A DNA stretch of 64,000 nucleotides from Ruditapes philippinarum (lineage: Eukaryota), in assembly GCF_026571515.1 (NCBI RefSeq), contig NW_026851633.1:434001-498000 (forward strand), written 5' to 3'. A model generated the notes under the pieces. The model made no database searches and was not told the DNA's origin. It worked only from the letters and a program-made list of their open reading frames with translations. Both the position numbers and the translations under genes were made by a program. Shown here one piece after another: positions 42,301 to 54,596 of this stretch (position 1 is its first letter; every line of letters begins with the position of its first letter).

Positions 42301-45300
42301 TGCTTCAAAAATTATTGTTTGAATTTTAAAAACGAAGACCCCCAAAATGCTTGTATGAAATAAATATGGTAGATAATTGCCTTAAAAGCTAATGATGCAA
42401 GCACAAAATCATTGCTAAACGGATAAAACCCTACTATAGGAAATAATATTTTGTTCTGGAACATTTTATTCTTTTTACGTACAATATTCATGTGTGTTAA
42501 TTAACAGAGACATTCTATGTTACAACTTGAATGAAACCAATATAATTTTATTGTTGATAGATTTTATGAAAAAAACATAAGATATAGATGTATACCCTTT
42601 AATTGTTGTTTTACTTTTAATTGAAGGTATTTTCCTCAGTGGATGCAAAACTAGACAGCGAGGCATCAGTGTTAGTTCTGGCGACCCAAAATTTAAGAGA
42701 TGAAATGGAGTACAATGAAAATATTAGAATAAAAGAAGAACATGATGGGACTTTGACATTGACAGGGAACTGGTTCCAGCTAGAGTGGGCCTGGCACTAT
42801 ATTGACTGCTTCATGCAACAACAAGTAACATCCTTAAGCTTGGTTTTTCAGTCTTTTTGTTGTTTATAATGGATATTACTGTGAATTCACTTAGTTTTGT
42901 GGGCATGAAATTTTGTGGTTTTGTCACAAAACATTTTCATGGGTTATTAAATTTGTGGACTGTTCTTTTTTTTTTCTCCAAAATGTAAAATGTAAATAAT
43001 TAATTTTGATGCAAAATAATCTTACAACAGACAAAATGAAATTTAGTTGGACCTTAAATTCATGGATTGACCTATCAGAAACCACAAATATTAGTCACCC
43101 ACGAATAATAATGATTTCACAACAGAATGATTAAAGGGATATGTTAAACATTTTCTGGTAAAGTAGGACCTCAGATACCATATTTCAGGAACCACTGTTC
43201 TAATCTTCTCAGTTAACACCCTTGAAGGTATTCTGTACCTTGTATCATTGAGGGGCAAGTCAAAATACTAATCTGCTTGGGAACACAGCCATTTTTGCTA
43301 AAAAGACAATTAAATTTTACCACTATCTTTATTCATTATCTTGTGGTACTGTACAGGAAAAAAGTAAAAGATATTGAATATTTATGAAAACTTTCTTGTT
43401 GGCTATGTTGATGATAAATATATTTACTAGACAAAGGTCTCAATTTATATTATTAGTATTATATTAAATCGTAAGAGATTATAGTATACTGTCATTTTCA
43501 TTATCATCATATTTATTTGGTAACAGGAAGTGATACAGCATGAAATATCCCAGCAGCCTCAGCGATATGCTGGCCAACCAATGGAAGTTGACCAGAGCAA
43601 TACGAATGCAAACTTTGTTACTGCTGAACCACGTGGTAGATCTCTGACTTCTCCTACCGAAGTTAACAGTGATTTACGCAGAAGCATTGCTGAAAGATCC
43701 AGTGTGGAGGAATCTCTTAGTGGAGTAAGGGAGAAGAAGAGGAAAGATCATCTCAGTAGTCAGTCTGATCCAAAGTATGATGATATCCCGTCACTAAGCT
43801 TTCGAGAGCAAAAGTATGATGATATCCCGTCACTAAGCTATAGAGAGTATGGGAAAGAAAATCATTTTGATGACCACAGGAGTCCTAAACCCCATTATGA
43901 TGAAGATGACAGTGATAATGAGGATTCAAGGTCAAATCAAAGATCAGATTCTCTAAAGAACATGAGGTCATTGAGGGAAAACATTGGTAGTGCATATAAT
44001 GATAATGGTCACCAGAGTTATTTGTCGAAGAGTCATTTACGTGACAGTAATGAAGATTTGGCGGGAACTGGTCATAAAATACCATTAGACAGTATGCCAA
44101 GTACATTCAATGAGGATGTTTATCGCAGGTCAGAAGATGAAAATTCAACATTTAAAGCTTTCTCTGGACTACATTATTTGAGTCAGACTTCATCAGATAA
44201 AACATATAGTAAAAGTTTGAGAGAAAATAGCAGCAGAAGGGATACTGCGCATCGTGAGAGTAACACATCACATGATTCTTTATCATCTACACCAACTAGG
44301 GGCTTGCATTCAAGTTCATTAAGGAAAGATAGTATTGGCAAATCAGGAAAGCCTTCAGTTGATGCAGTGGACCAGTCCCTCGGATTAAGTAAACCACGGT
44401 TACCAGCAAGATCCATGGATATACCCGATAGGTATACAGAAGAGCAGCTTTGTCACACGTTTGACATTCGTGGGGTGAAGGTCACTATTTACTTTGGTGA
44501 CCTGGTGAAGGAGGAGACAGATGCTATAGTAAATGCATCAAATGAGCAATTAGAACATTATGGGGGTATTGCTTATGCGATTCTGAAAGCAAGGGGAAGG
44601 GAAATGGAAGAAGAATGTAGAAATTATGTCCGTAAAAATGGCAAGCTGAAGACAACAGAAGTTATGTCAACATCCGGTGGTAAGGATATTAAATCAACTC
44701 ACATCATCCATGCTGCTGGACCTATGTGGCTATCAGAGAGCTATAAAGATAAGTTTACTAGCCAGCTGACACAGACCTTCCTGAACTGTTTTGATTATGC
44801 TGATAAAAAGCTCTGGATAAAGTCCATTGCCTTACCAGTTATTAGTTCAGGTAAGAGCATTTATACATTTTTATTCTTGACTTGTATTTAGAATATATGG
44901 AATCAAAATGCACAATTCTATTTTAAGAAATGTAGTTAGGACATATTCATTACATTTGTCCTTATTTTTAGAGCTTATATTCTGAGAAAATAAGATGATT
45001 AAAAATAGAATGTAGGTTTTTTTCTCAAAATTTTAATAAAGATAATGATTAAGCTAATTAAATCATGTCCTTGAAAAGTTCTGTAAAGTACACTTGTGTT
45101 TCTTATTATACAGGGGTGTATGGTGCTCCACTAGATACCTGTGTCAATTTTCCTGACTTGCATTTTCCAATAGAATAGAAACCTTAGCTGGAATATTTAT
45201 TACAAGATCAGAGACGTAACTTCTATTGTGTTGGTTAGCACCTTGTAGACAGGTAATAACCTACAGCAGATTGAACAATTTAAATTAAAATTGAAAAAAA

Positions 45301-48059
45301 ATTAGGAGATGAACTTTCAGAAAAGGGGCGACCCGAGGTAGTACAGATTTCTCTAAAACGTATACTAAGGGCGCTTCCTTAGGTTTTGATAGTATTAACC
45401 CATCTTCATCTAGTGAAAAATGGGCAATACCAATTTCAAGAAGGCGTTCCTCCTCGTTAAGTCGAGCAACAGACAAAAGTAGTGGAGATATAAGAAAATA
45501 TGATCCTCAAAAGGGAGAGTTTGTTAGTGAAACGAAAACAAAGCCAGATACAACAACGGGAACCAGCAGTGTTGTTGGAAAACACAGGGAACGCTCTGGT
45601 TCAATGAATACAAGACCTAAAAAAGATACCAGTCAAAGTTTAAGGAACACAATATCTGGAGCTACAGGAGAAAAAATGTCTGAGTCCCTAAGACATAAAA
45701 CAATGCTGTCACCTTCTTCAGACACTAGAAGTAACACCCCACCTAAAATTAAAGCCTCTCTTCTCACTTCTGACAAACTGAAACTACATAAGTCCTCTCC
45801 AAAAAGATCAGAACATTTCGGCCAGCGAACAAGTGACGATTATGGAGCATTCACACATGCTGGGAAAACCAAAGCATCTTATGGAATGTACACAGATACC
45901 AGTGAAGATGATGAAGAATTTGGTTTAAAGAGTTTACCAGCTGACCTTCATAAATATTCATATCGGGAGAAATTTCTTCAGAGTTCAACTGGAAAGCCAG
46001 AAGTTTGTGCCATTTGCCTTGATGATGTTAGAGATCCTAAAAAGCTAGCAAAATGTAATCACAAGTTTTGTCGTGCATGTATTGAAAGACATTTCAGGAG
46101 CTCGAAACCAAGTTGTCCGACATGTGGAGCACTATATGGTAAAGTTACAGGTGATCAGCCACGAAATGGACGCATGACGCAATTCACCGACCGTAGCCGT
46201 TGCTTACCTGGATACGAGCGTGAAGATGGAATGATTGTCATCACTTACACATTCCCAGATGGTATGCAAGAGGTAACGCGCTAATTTTGTTCAATATTTA
46301 GATTAACTTTATTTATCTTGTCACCTTTTTGAACCAGATTTATACTTTTGTCTTTTATTTCCTTGTTATTTGAAACTAGAAGACTAGATCTGAGGGAATA
46401 TATATACAGCTTGGTGCATTAAAATATGTGTAGTTAGTAAGTTACATGTCTATGTGTTATAGTTTTACATCCTAGATACTTTTTGATTTTAATAAGGTTT
46501 TTTAGCTTAACTATTAAAAGAGTAGTAGCTATAAAAAAGTAGTAGCTATCCTACTCATCTGGGCATTGATGTCAGTGTTGGCATAACAGTTAGATCTAGT
46601 GAGAATAGTCAAACAAGCTGTTGTACAGACGGTTCATTTATTTATTTCAGGCCCTGATTTTTGTATCCCTATTTTTATTTTACTTTGTATTTATAATTTC
46701 AAAGTAATGATAAATAAGAATGATCTGATTTGCACTAAATAAAGTAATTTATATGATTTCGTTGTATTGTTTAGTCCTGCCATCCGCAGCCTGGACGTAG
46801 CTACAAAGGTATCACACGTAAAGCCTTCTTACCAAACAATACCGAGGGGCGGGATATTTTACGTCTGCTCAAAAAAGCCTTTGATGCTAGACTGGTCTTT
46901 ACAATAGGTGACTCCAGAACAAGTGGAGATAGAAATGTACTAACATGGAATGATATTCACCATAAAACAAGCATTGGAGGAGGCCCTACAAGGTATGTAA
47001 TTTTTGATATTCTTAAAAAAATTTTTATGTGAGCAGAGGACATAATACTGACAAGTTTTAATCTCTGACCATCTTGGCTGATCTTAGGCTCAGTAAATTG
47101 TTGTGTCATTAATACCCATATTTGAAAACTCACTGATGAATGGCATGACATGAGTGTGAAAATTTGAATGCATAGACAAAGAAATTGCCATACTTGTATA
47201 TTTACGTGGACCTGAAGGAATATGTTTGTTAAGATTTTTGTGTTGTCTGCTACAGAGTAGTGACAACATATAGGGCTCATGCAGTCTGTCAATCTGTTCA
47301 TCTTTCCATCAGTCTGTCCTTAAGTCACAAAACTTGTCCCGACTAATGCTGAAAAACACCTTGTCCAATTTAATCCAAACTTTACAGGAATGATCAGTAC
47401 CAAGTTAAGTTGTGCATATTGTCAGCATTTTCCAGTTCAGTGATTTTTGTCAGAGTTATAACCCTTTAATCATTTTATGTTTTATAGTTTTGTCAATACT
47501 ACTTTTCTTGCACTACAATTTGAGTGAAACTACAGAATTGATCGATACCTCAAGTACTTGCACATACATGTATTTAACAGGTTTTCCAATTGAATGTTTT
47601 TTAACAGAGTTGTGGTTGAATTAAAAAAGCATTTTGGCCAGTTAATGAATTTTGTGTCTCCTGCTACACAGTAGCTGCATTATATTACAAAATAGCCATG
47701 ACATATAGTGAACAAACTGTCCAATAACCATTCAATACAGCTGCTAAATTGGCTATCATGTGAACACTGATTGCTCTCAAATATAGTACAGACAAACACA
47801 GTGATGGGAAACAAAAATTCTTGGTTTTTGTTGACAGATAATGGTTTCTTTAGCAGGAAGGTTTGTGTTTAAATTATTTGTATAAGATTTTATATCTATG
47901 GTTTTTATATAAATGATACATGTACTTTTAATTTACAATCGACATTATTAAATTATATTTATAAACATTTGTATTGTCAGATTTGGATACCCAGATCCAG
48001 GTTATCTTCAGCGAGTGAGAGACGAACTTGCAATCAAGGGCATCACAAGTGACAAATAG
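39368..48059 (+). CDS. DTX3L: Deltex-family (DTX3L-like) E3 ubiquitin ligase with N-terminal RRM/KH-like region, internal macrodomain, C3HC4 RING and DTC domain; frame broken at ~45146-45315
   Basis: Exons 39368-39524, 41866-41927, 42627-42824, 43527-44850, 45114-46272, 46775-46992 and 47981-48059 (~1065 aa). RRM-like [20 protein letters not shown]; macro [46 protein letters not shown]; [24 protein letters not shown]; [71 protein letters not shown]. Orthology to vertebrate DTX3L is approximate. Confidence 0.85.
40598..41840 (+). mobile_element. Degenerate HINE element in an intron of the Deltex gene
   Basis: 5' TTTTTCTACACCCGC hairpin, GTCC microsatellite, several GGTCAAAGGTCAAGGTCAC monomers, and 3' GCGGGAGTAT...TCTAGTT. 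Confidence 0.7.
40996..41223. mobile_element. TTAA-flanked (piggyBac-type) MITE nested in the HINE
   Basis: TTAA|CCTTTT...AAAAGG|TTAA. It interrupts the monomer pattern, and a related copy lies at 18715-18930. Confidence 0.65.
42877..43123. mobile_element. Degenerate TA-target MITE
   Basis: TACTGTGAATTCA...TTTTGTGG and CCACGAA...TGATTTCACA are imperfect inverted ends with repeated TTTGTGG/CCACAAA. Confidence 0.5.
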
Positions 48060-49690
48060 GCTGCAGAGCAGATGTCATTTATTAACCAGTCTACTCTAGT
48101 GTTAAAAGCTGTTCGACTTTTGGACCTTCAGCCTTATATACTAGTTATAACTAAGCTGCAGGAAGTACAGTTGGGATACGTTGTCTGTACATTTATACTG
48201 TTAACTAGCTACTTCATGTACAAGTGCTCAGCTGTACATAATATTATAAATGGATAGAAAGTTGGATAGGGAATCTGCTGCTAAAAGTTGAAAATGGTTT
48301 TTGAAACATAAAAGTTAACTGTTACGATATATAATACATTTTTTAATTTTTAAATTTTAAAGTTTTTATTGCTTGACAAAAAGTTTAAGAATGATTAAAA
48401 TATCAACCGTCGTCACCCCCCATGTTTCTGTTTAATGGATTTGTCCTGCAATTAAACTGCAATGATTTGTTAGGATTTAAAATCTACCTTAACCTGGAAT
48501 TGTGAATTTCTTAAATGGACTAGCAGCTTTATTTTGAAAAATCAAAAAATTAAAGGAAAATAAAAAAAATTTTTAATTGAACAAAAATAAAGCCCGGGCA
48601 GACTGAAGAAAATACCAGTGGGTGGCTCATAGGGGGCAGAGGTTCCGCAGGTTAAAAAATTAAAATAAAAAAATTTGAGGGCAAAACTGTGGCTAATTTT
48701 GTTATTTTAAATTTTGCAGTTATGCAAAGTTTACAGGGATTTTAAACATTATTTTTACATGTCTCCAAGAGATAATATTTAAGTTCTGTACTGCAGTAAA
48801 TATGTTACATATCTATATATTATAAAATGCTTCAAATAGTTGGAGCATAAATGTACTCCCGCATGGCTTATACACTTACATAAATACATGTAACAAAATA
48901 TTGTATACCAAAACAATGATTGTATTGAATTATGAGTGCCTCACACAATCTTGTGGGGGAAAAAAACATCTTTGTTTTGCTACATATATAATGAAGTATT
49001 GTTTTTTATTATTGCTTGTTAAGAATAATTTTATATATTGTATATTTTTTTCATGGCAGTATGCTCGAAAGAAATAAAATACTTGTAAGTATACATTGTC
49101 TACCAAAACAAGGACTATTAAATTTTGAGCACCACACATTACATGTATAATTTTGTGGAAAAAAACAACAGGATGCTACATGTATTATATATAAAGTATT
49201 GTTTTTGTTTTTTATTATTGCTTGTTAAGTATATATTTTATTGCATTATGCTCTTAATGGAAAAACCAAGTTGTTGTAATTGTTGCCTTATTTTTTTTTG
49301 TTAACTTGTTAAAAATTCCTATACATGTACATGTACTTATTTTTTGTCTACACCAACTCTTCTTTCCTTGTCATTACTAATTATGTGTATGTCTTGCTTT
49401 TGAATTTTGAACTCTAAAGATTAGAGTGGTGAAAAGAATAAGGAACAGTGTAGTGTCATATCTAAACTCAGTGATGTTGTCAGGTGTCTCTATTGATTCT
49501 GTCTACAACCATCTAATACACAAACCGGATGTTCTGTTGAGAGCTTGCCAGATTTATTATTGAATATTTCCATAGTGCTGTTACAGTATAAATAGAATAT
49601 AATATTTGTTATTTATTGGTTGGTGATATTAATGTTTCATTTGTATATTAATCAGATTTTGTTCTTATTATTTGAATTGGACTTTATTGC

Positions 49691-50548
49691 TTTTTTAGCT
49701 CGCCTGTCACAAAGTGACATAGTGAGCTTTTGTGATCGCTTTTCGTCCGGCGTCCGGCTGTAAAGTTTTACTTTAAACGACATCTCATCATAAACATCTG
49801 AGCCAATTTCATCCAAACTTCTTTGGTAGTCAACTTTAAAAATTGTTCAAAGAATTTAATTCCATGCAGAACTCTGGTTGCCATGGCAACCGAAAGAAAA
49901 TCTTAAAAAATCGAAATAGCTAGAGCTTAAATATTTGGTATGAAACATCATCTAGTCAGTGTCTACCAAGTTTGTTCAAATAAAAGCCATGGGATCAAAA
50001 TTGGCCCCGCCCCGGGGGGTCATTGATTTTCCTTATTTGTATATAGTAGAAACTTATAAAATCTTCTTTTAAAAATCCCAAATAGCTAGAGCTTAGATAT
50101 TAAGCATGAAACATTATCTATTGGGTGTCTACCAAGTTTGTTCAAATAAAAGCCATGGGGTCAAAATTGGCCCCATCCCAGGGGTCATTGTTTTTCCCTT
50201 GATGTATATAGTAAACACTTAAAAAATCTTCTTTTAAAAAACCCTAAGAGCTAGAGCTAAGATATCTAGCATGAAACATCATCTAATGAGTTTCTACTAA
50301 GTTTGTTCAAATAAGGGCCCTGGGGTTAAAATTGGCCCCGCCCCGGGTGCCATGGATTTTCCTTATTTGTGTATAGTAAAAACTTAAAAAAATCTTCTTT
50401 AAAAAACCCCCAAAGGATTAGAGTTAAGATACTAATCATGAAATATCTTCTAATGAGTGTCTACCAAGTTTGATCAAATAAAAGCCTGGGATCAAAATTG
50501 GCGCCTATATACAGGTGAGCGATTTCAGGGCCATCATGGCCCTCTTGT
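49691..50548 (+). mobile_element. HINE element with ~4 monomers of ~160 bp
   Basis: 5' TTTTAGCTCGCCTGTCACAAAGTGACA hairpin, GTCC microsatellite, AAAATTGGCCCC anchor at ~49997, 50163, 50327 and 50494, and 3' CAGGTGAGCG...AGGGCCATCATGGCCCTCTTGT hairpin. Confidence 0.85.
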
Positions 50549-50708
50549 GTTAATGAACAGAATTGTTTTACTGTTTTTCTGTTACTTGTAAAACTATGGT
50601 TTATGTACTTCCTTCATACATAGAGTAATATACTCAATTAAAATATCTTTTTAAACTTAATTTAAAAAAACATTCCCGGATACAGTTCAACATCTAAGGG
50701 TTTATCAA

Positions 50709-51020
50709 TTTTTTTATGCTTCCCGAAAAATTTCGGGGGAGCATATAGTCACCTGGTTGTCCATCAGTTAGTCCGCACTACCGAATAGGGATAGGGGGCC
50801 ATCTAACTGTAAACAAAACAATAGAGTTCATTCCGTAACAATAGAGTAAGGGGCCATTGGCCCTCTATTAAACAATAGAAATTAACAAAAGAAATGGCCC
50901 CTTATTCCATTTCGGCCGGATGTCTGTCTGTACGTACATACGTCCCGAATTTGTGTCTGGCCCATAACTTTGTTATTTGAAGACGGATTTTATAACTATT
51001 TCACAGAAATGATCACCATA
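50709..51020 (+). mobile_element. 5' part of a HINE (resumes at ~63327-63460), with nested MITE 50781-50915
   Basis: TTTTTATGCTTCCCGAAAAATTTCGGGGGAGCATA hairpin and microsatellite. The monomer GGCCCATAAC.TTGTTATTTGAAG.CGGATTTTA.AACTATT reappears at 63414-63455. Confidence 0.7.
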
Positions 51021-51029
51021 TGATCACCA

Positions 51030-52860
51030 AGTAATAATCCTGGTAATTATCGCGGCATATCTATTACAAATACATTATATAAAGTCTTCCATGAATCTCA
51101 GGCAGGATTTAGGCGTGGTTACTCGGCTATCGATAATGTTTTTTGTCTACAAGCAATGGTTCAAAAATATCTTTCTAAAAAGGGTGGCCGCTTTTACTGT
51201 CTCTATGTTGATTTCCGTAAAGCATTTGATAAAGTGAATCATTCTAAACTTTTCTTGTCACTTGAAAAAAGGGCGTTTTTGGAAATTTTCTTCGAGTTCT
51301 GAAATCAATGTATTTTCATCTCTCTTCATGTGTTAAAACAACTGATTTGTTTAACAATGTTATGATTACTGAATTATTTCCCTGTAACATTGGTACAAGG
51401 CAAGGTGATAAGACAAGTTCAACAATTTTTACATTATTTATAGACGAGTTATCTTCCCTTTTAAGAGAGAAATGTGGCACAGGCATTTTCATTACAAATG
51501 ATATTCCTGATATTCTTTGTTTAATGTTTGCAGATGATGTTGCAAATTGTGCTGAAACTGCTACAAAATTACAACAACAACTTAATGTAATTGATCAATT
51601 TTGCTGGAACACAGGCATGGAAATTAATCTTGACAAAACAGAGATAATTGTATTTCGAAATGGAGGTCGTCTTCGTAATTATGAATCTTGGTCTTTTCGC
51701 GGTCAGCCGGTAAATACAACTGCTGTTTATAAATATATGGGTTTGTTATTCACTCCACAACTATCATGGAATGTAGCTCATGATAAATTAGCTTCACAAG
51801 CTCAAAGAGCAATTTTTGCTATCAAAGGTTATGAAAAACCATTTGGTAATTTTCCCATAAAGGAACACTTTAAAATTTTTGATACAATGATCAAACCTAT
51901 TCTTTGTTATGGATCACAGATTTGGGGGTATGAATTTAGTCCAACTATAGAATCTGTTCATAATATGTTCTGTAAGGGTTTATTAAATGTTTGAAAAAAT
52001 ACAAATACAAGCATGGTGTTAGGTGAATGTGGTAGACTCCCACTTTGTATTACTTATTATACAAATTGCATCCGTTATTGGTGTAAGCTATTAGTTATGC
52101 CACCATACCGTTACCCAAAACAATGTTATTTAATGTTAAAATCACTAGATGAAGCTGGAAGAACTTGTTGGGCTAGCAAAATACGAATACTTCTGTACAG
52201 TTACGGATTTGGTTACATTTGGATTTCTCAAGAAATAGGAGATGTGAATATTTTTGTTAGCATTTTTAAACAACGCATAATAGATTGTTATACCCAAAAT
52301 TGGCATGATAATATTAACAATGCCAGTAGATGTCACCATTATTGTTATTTTAAAAGCTTATTAAATGTAGAACGGGATCTTCTAATAGAAATCCCTGTAA
52401 AACATAAGAAAGCATATGCTAAATTTCGATGTTCAAATCTCAAACTTAATGTTGAAATCGGTAGGCATTTAAATATACCTTTTCAAGAACGCTTTTGCAA
52501 CTTTTGTCTTGAAAATCATTTAACTTATCATATTGACTGTGAATATCATGCTTTTTTTCATTGTAAAAAATATTTAGAAATTAGAAATACCTATTTACTA
52601 AACTGGTATAATTCCGGAAATGAACTACATAACTTTTATGAATTACTTTCATCAAATGATATTTTTATAATTAAGAAAATCTCTACTTATATTTACCACC
52701 TCATGATATCTATAGCACAGTAGCATTTAAATGTAATGATTGTAAAAACTTGTAAAAGACACAACTTTATAATGTTAAATACCATATTTTGTATGACATG
52801 TATTTTGGGCCGGTGGCCTTTATTTACTGAATAAATCTTTTGACTTGACTTGACTTGACT
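51030..52860 (+). mobile_element. 5'-truncated non-LTR retrotransposon (RTE-X-like), disrupted RT ORF
   Basis: NYRGIS, ESQAGFR, VDFRKAFD, GTRQGD, LMFADD, YKYMG; C-terminal LGECGRLPL and CNFC..EYHAFFHC. There is a frameshift at ~51272, an in-frame TGA at 51992, and AATAAA followed by a (TTGAC)4 tail. Confidence 0.9.
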
Positions 52861-53035
52861 ATGAGCCGTGTCACGACAAAACCAACATAATGATCAGGGC
52901 TTACATACCCTATAACAAGTAGAGAAACTGATAGCGAACAGCATGGACCTGATCAGACTGCGCGGATGCGCAGACTAGTCTGGATCCATGCTGGTCGCAA
53001 ACCCATTATGTTGGTTTTGTCATGACGTGGCTCAT
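52861..53035. mobile_element. MITE with ~32-bp TIR
   Basis: ATGAGCCGTGTCACGACAAAACCAACATAATG ... CATTATGTTGGTTTTGTCATGACGTGGCTCAT. Confidence 0.85.
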
Positions 53036-53056
53036 ATAATGTTTTCAACTCAATAC

Positions 53057-54253
53057 TGTGATGTTTTCGGGGGAAGGAAAGATAGCCGTTGTTCGAACCT
53101 AGAGGGGAAAACTCCGACCTGTGGGTGCCTTGATAGAATAATTTCAGATAAACTACAAAGAGCTTGTTTTAAGAACAAAAATGATTTATTTTATTAAGTA
53201 ATCTAAAGATGTGTAGTAAGATGAAGTAGAATCTATAAATAAATTATCAATAAAATGATGACTGTTAGTTATTGTTAGTAAAAGTAAATGTTAGTAAATG
53301 TTAGTTAATGTTAGTTACATTCGTTCCATCATGAACTCCAATTCAGAAAATAGGATCTACTAGGTGATGAAATAAAGCTCAGCTCTTGTAAGTTGTATCC
53401 AGTGTAGATGCCTAGTATCAACTTGTCGTAGATCTATAACGTTTAACTGAGGATTCCTATTAATTAACCAAGTAAAAAGAAACTAAGTAAAATGATTAGA
53501 CTTAAATGATCTCTCCAGTGACCGAATCCAGTAAGCTGAAGGATAACACCGTACCGGCAATATATTGAAATTCCCCGCGTTAGGAACTTGTATATTATTG
53601 GGCACCTAAGCACAGCTAACGCTCTCATCCACTCAGATTGCGGAACGTCCATTTTGGCGCCAAAGCCCTCCATATATCGACCAATGGCTAGCCGTTCGAC
53701 TCCTACATCTAAAAGAAATAGATCCGAACAGGCCACGACGATTTCCAATAAAATCCCCATATCTGGTTGTCTAAGTAACCAATATTATTTACCTAATTTA
53801 GTACTATTTTAACCCAAACATTCTGTTCCGGAATTGATTAAGAATTTAGTCAAAACCAAGCATGCACTGTGACGTCACAATTGACACAAAATGAAAGTAA
53901 ATTAAGTTTGCATTTCCTGATAGAAATAAAGAGTCACCATGCATGTCATCAACTATTTGTAAAAGGTATATTGTCACTGAAATGTATAGTTTGTATACAT
54001 GCATTTATTGCATCATATCCGTTAATTATAAATATGATAATACGAAATGTCATTAGTTTTCACGATCTGTCAAATTTTGCCGGTGTTTTAAAAACAGCTT
54101 TCTCTGCATACCCTGAGTATCACATACCCAGTAAAACTTATCAATGTTATGGTTTTAACTGTTTAAAGCATTTGTAATTTATAATGATGTGTTACATGTG
54201 TAAGAAAGAGTTCTATAACGGTAAACAAAAGGGGGGGGGGTATTCATATTACA
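53057..54253 (-). repeat. 3' LTR of the Gypsy element
   Basis: TGTGATG...ATTACA; direct repeat of 62114-63312; adjacent PPT. Confidence 0.95.
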
Positions 54254-54266
54254 CTCTCCCCACCTT
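54254..54266 (-). other. Polypurine tract
   Basis: Minus strand AAGGTGGGGAGAG immediately precedes the 3' LTR. Confidence 0.85.
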
Positions 54267-54596
54267 AGTTAAAGTAATCCTCCTGGATTACAATCTTAAG
54301 AACCTTAGAAAATAACTTAAGAAATAAGAAACAAACAATTGTACACGGTTTGAACCATCTAAACATGTGAAAGCAACAATTTACATATGAATAATACAGT
54401 ATATTTAACAACAATAAATACATTTGAGCAGAATCAAATTCATGCAAATATCTCATGTAATGTCATGAGAACAACAAATTTAAATTAGTTATTTACTCCC
54501 CAGCCATTCTGAAACAACATCATTATTTTATCAAATTCAACAACCAACAGTATTTTTAAAGTTTCACTTTCACGCCCCCTTCCTCCAGTACTTTGA

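Noticed and set aside
51992-51994. Programmed readthrough or selenocysteine TGA in the LINE ORF
   Set aside because: The copy is 5'-truncated and frameshifted, so a simple nonsense mutation is sufficient.
53464-54177. ORFs duplicated at 62523-63174
   Set aside because: They lie inside the LTRs, have no recognisable domains, and are duplicated only because the LTR is.
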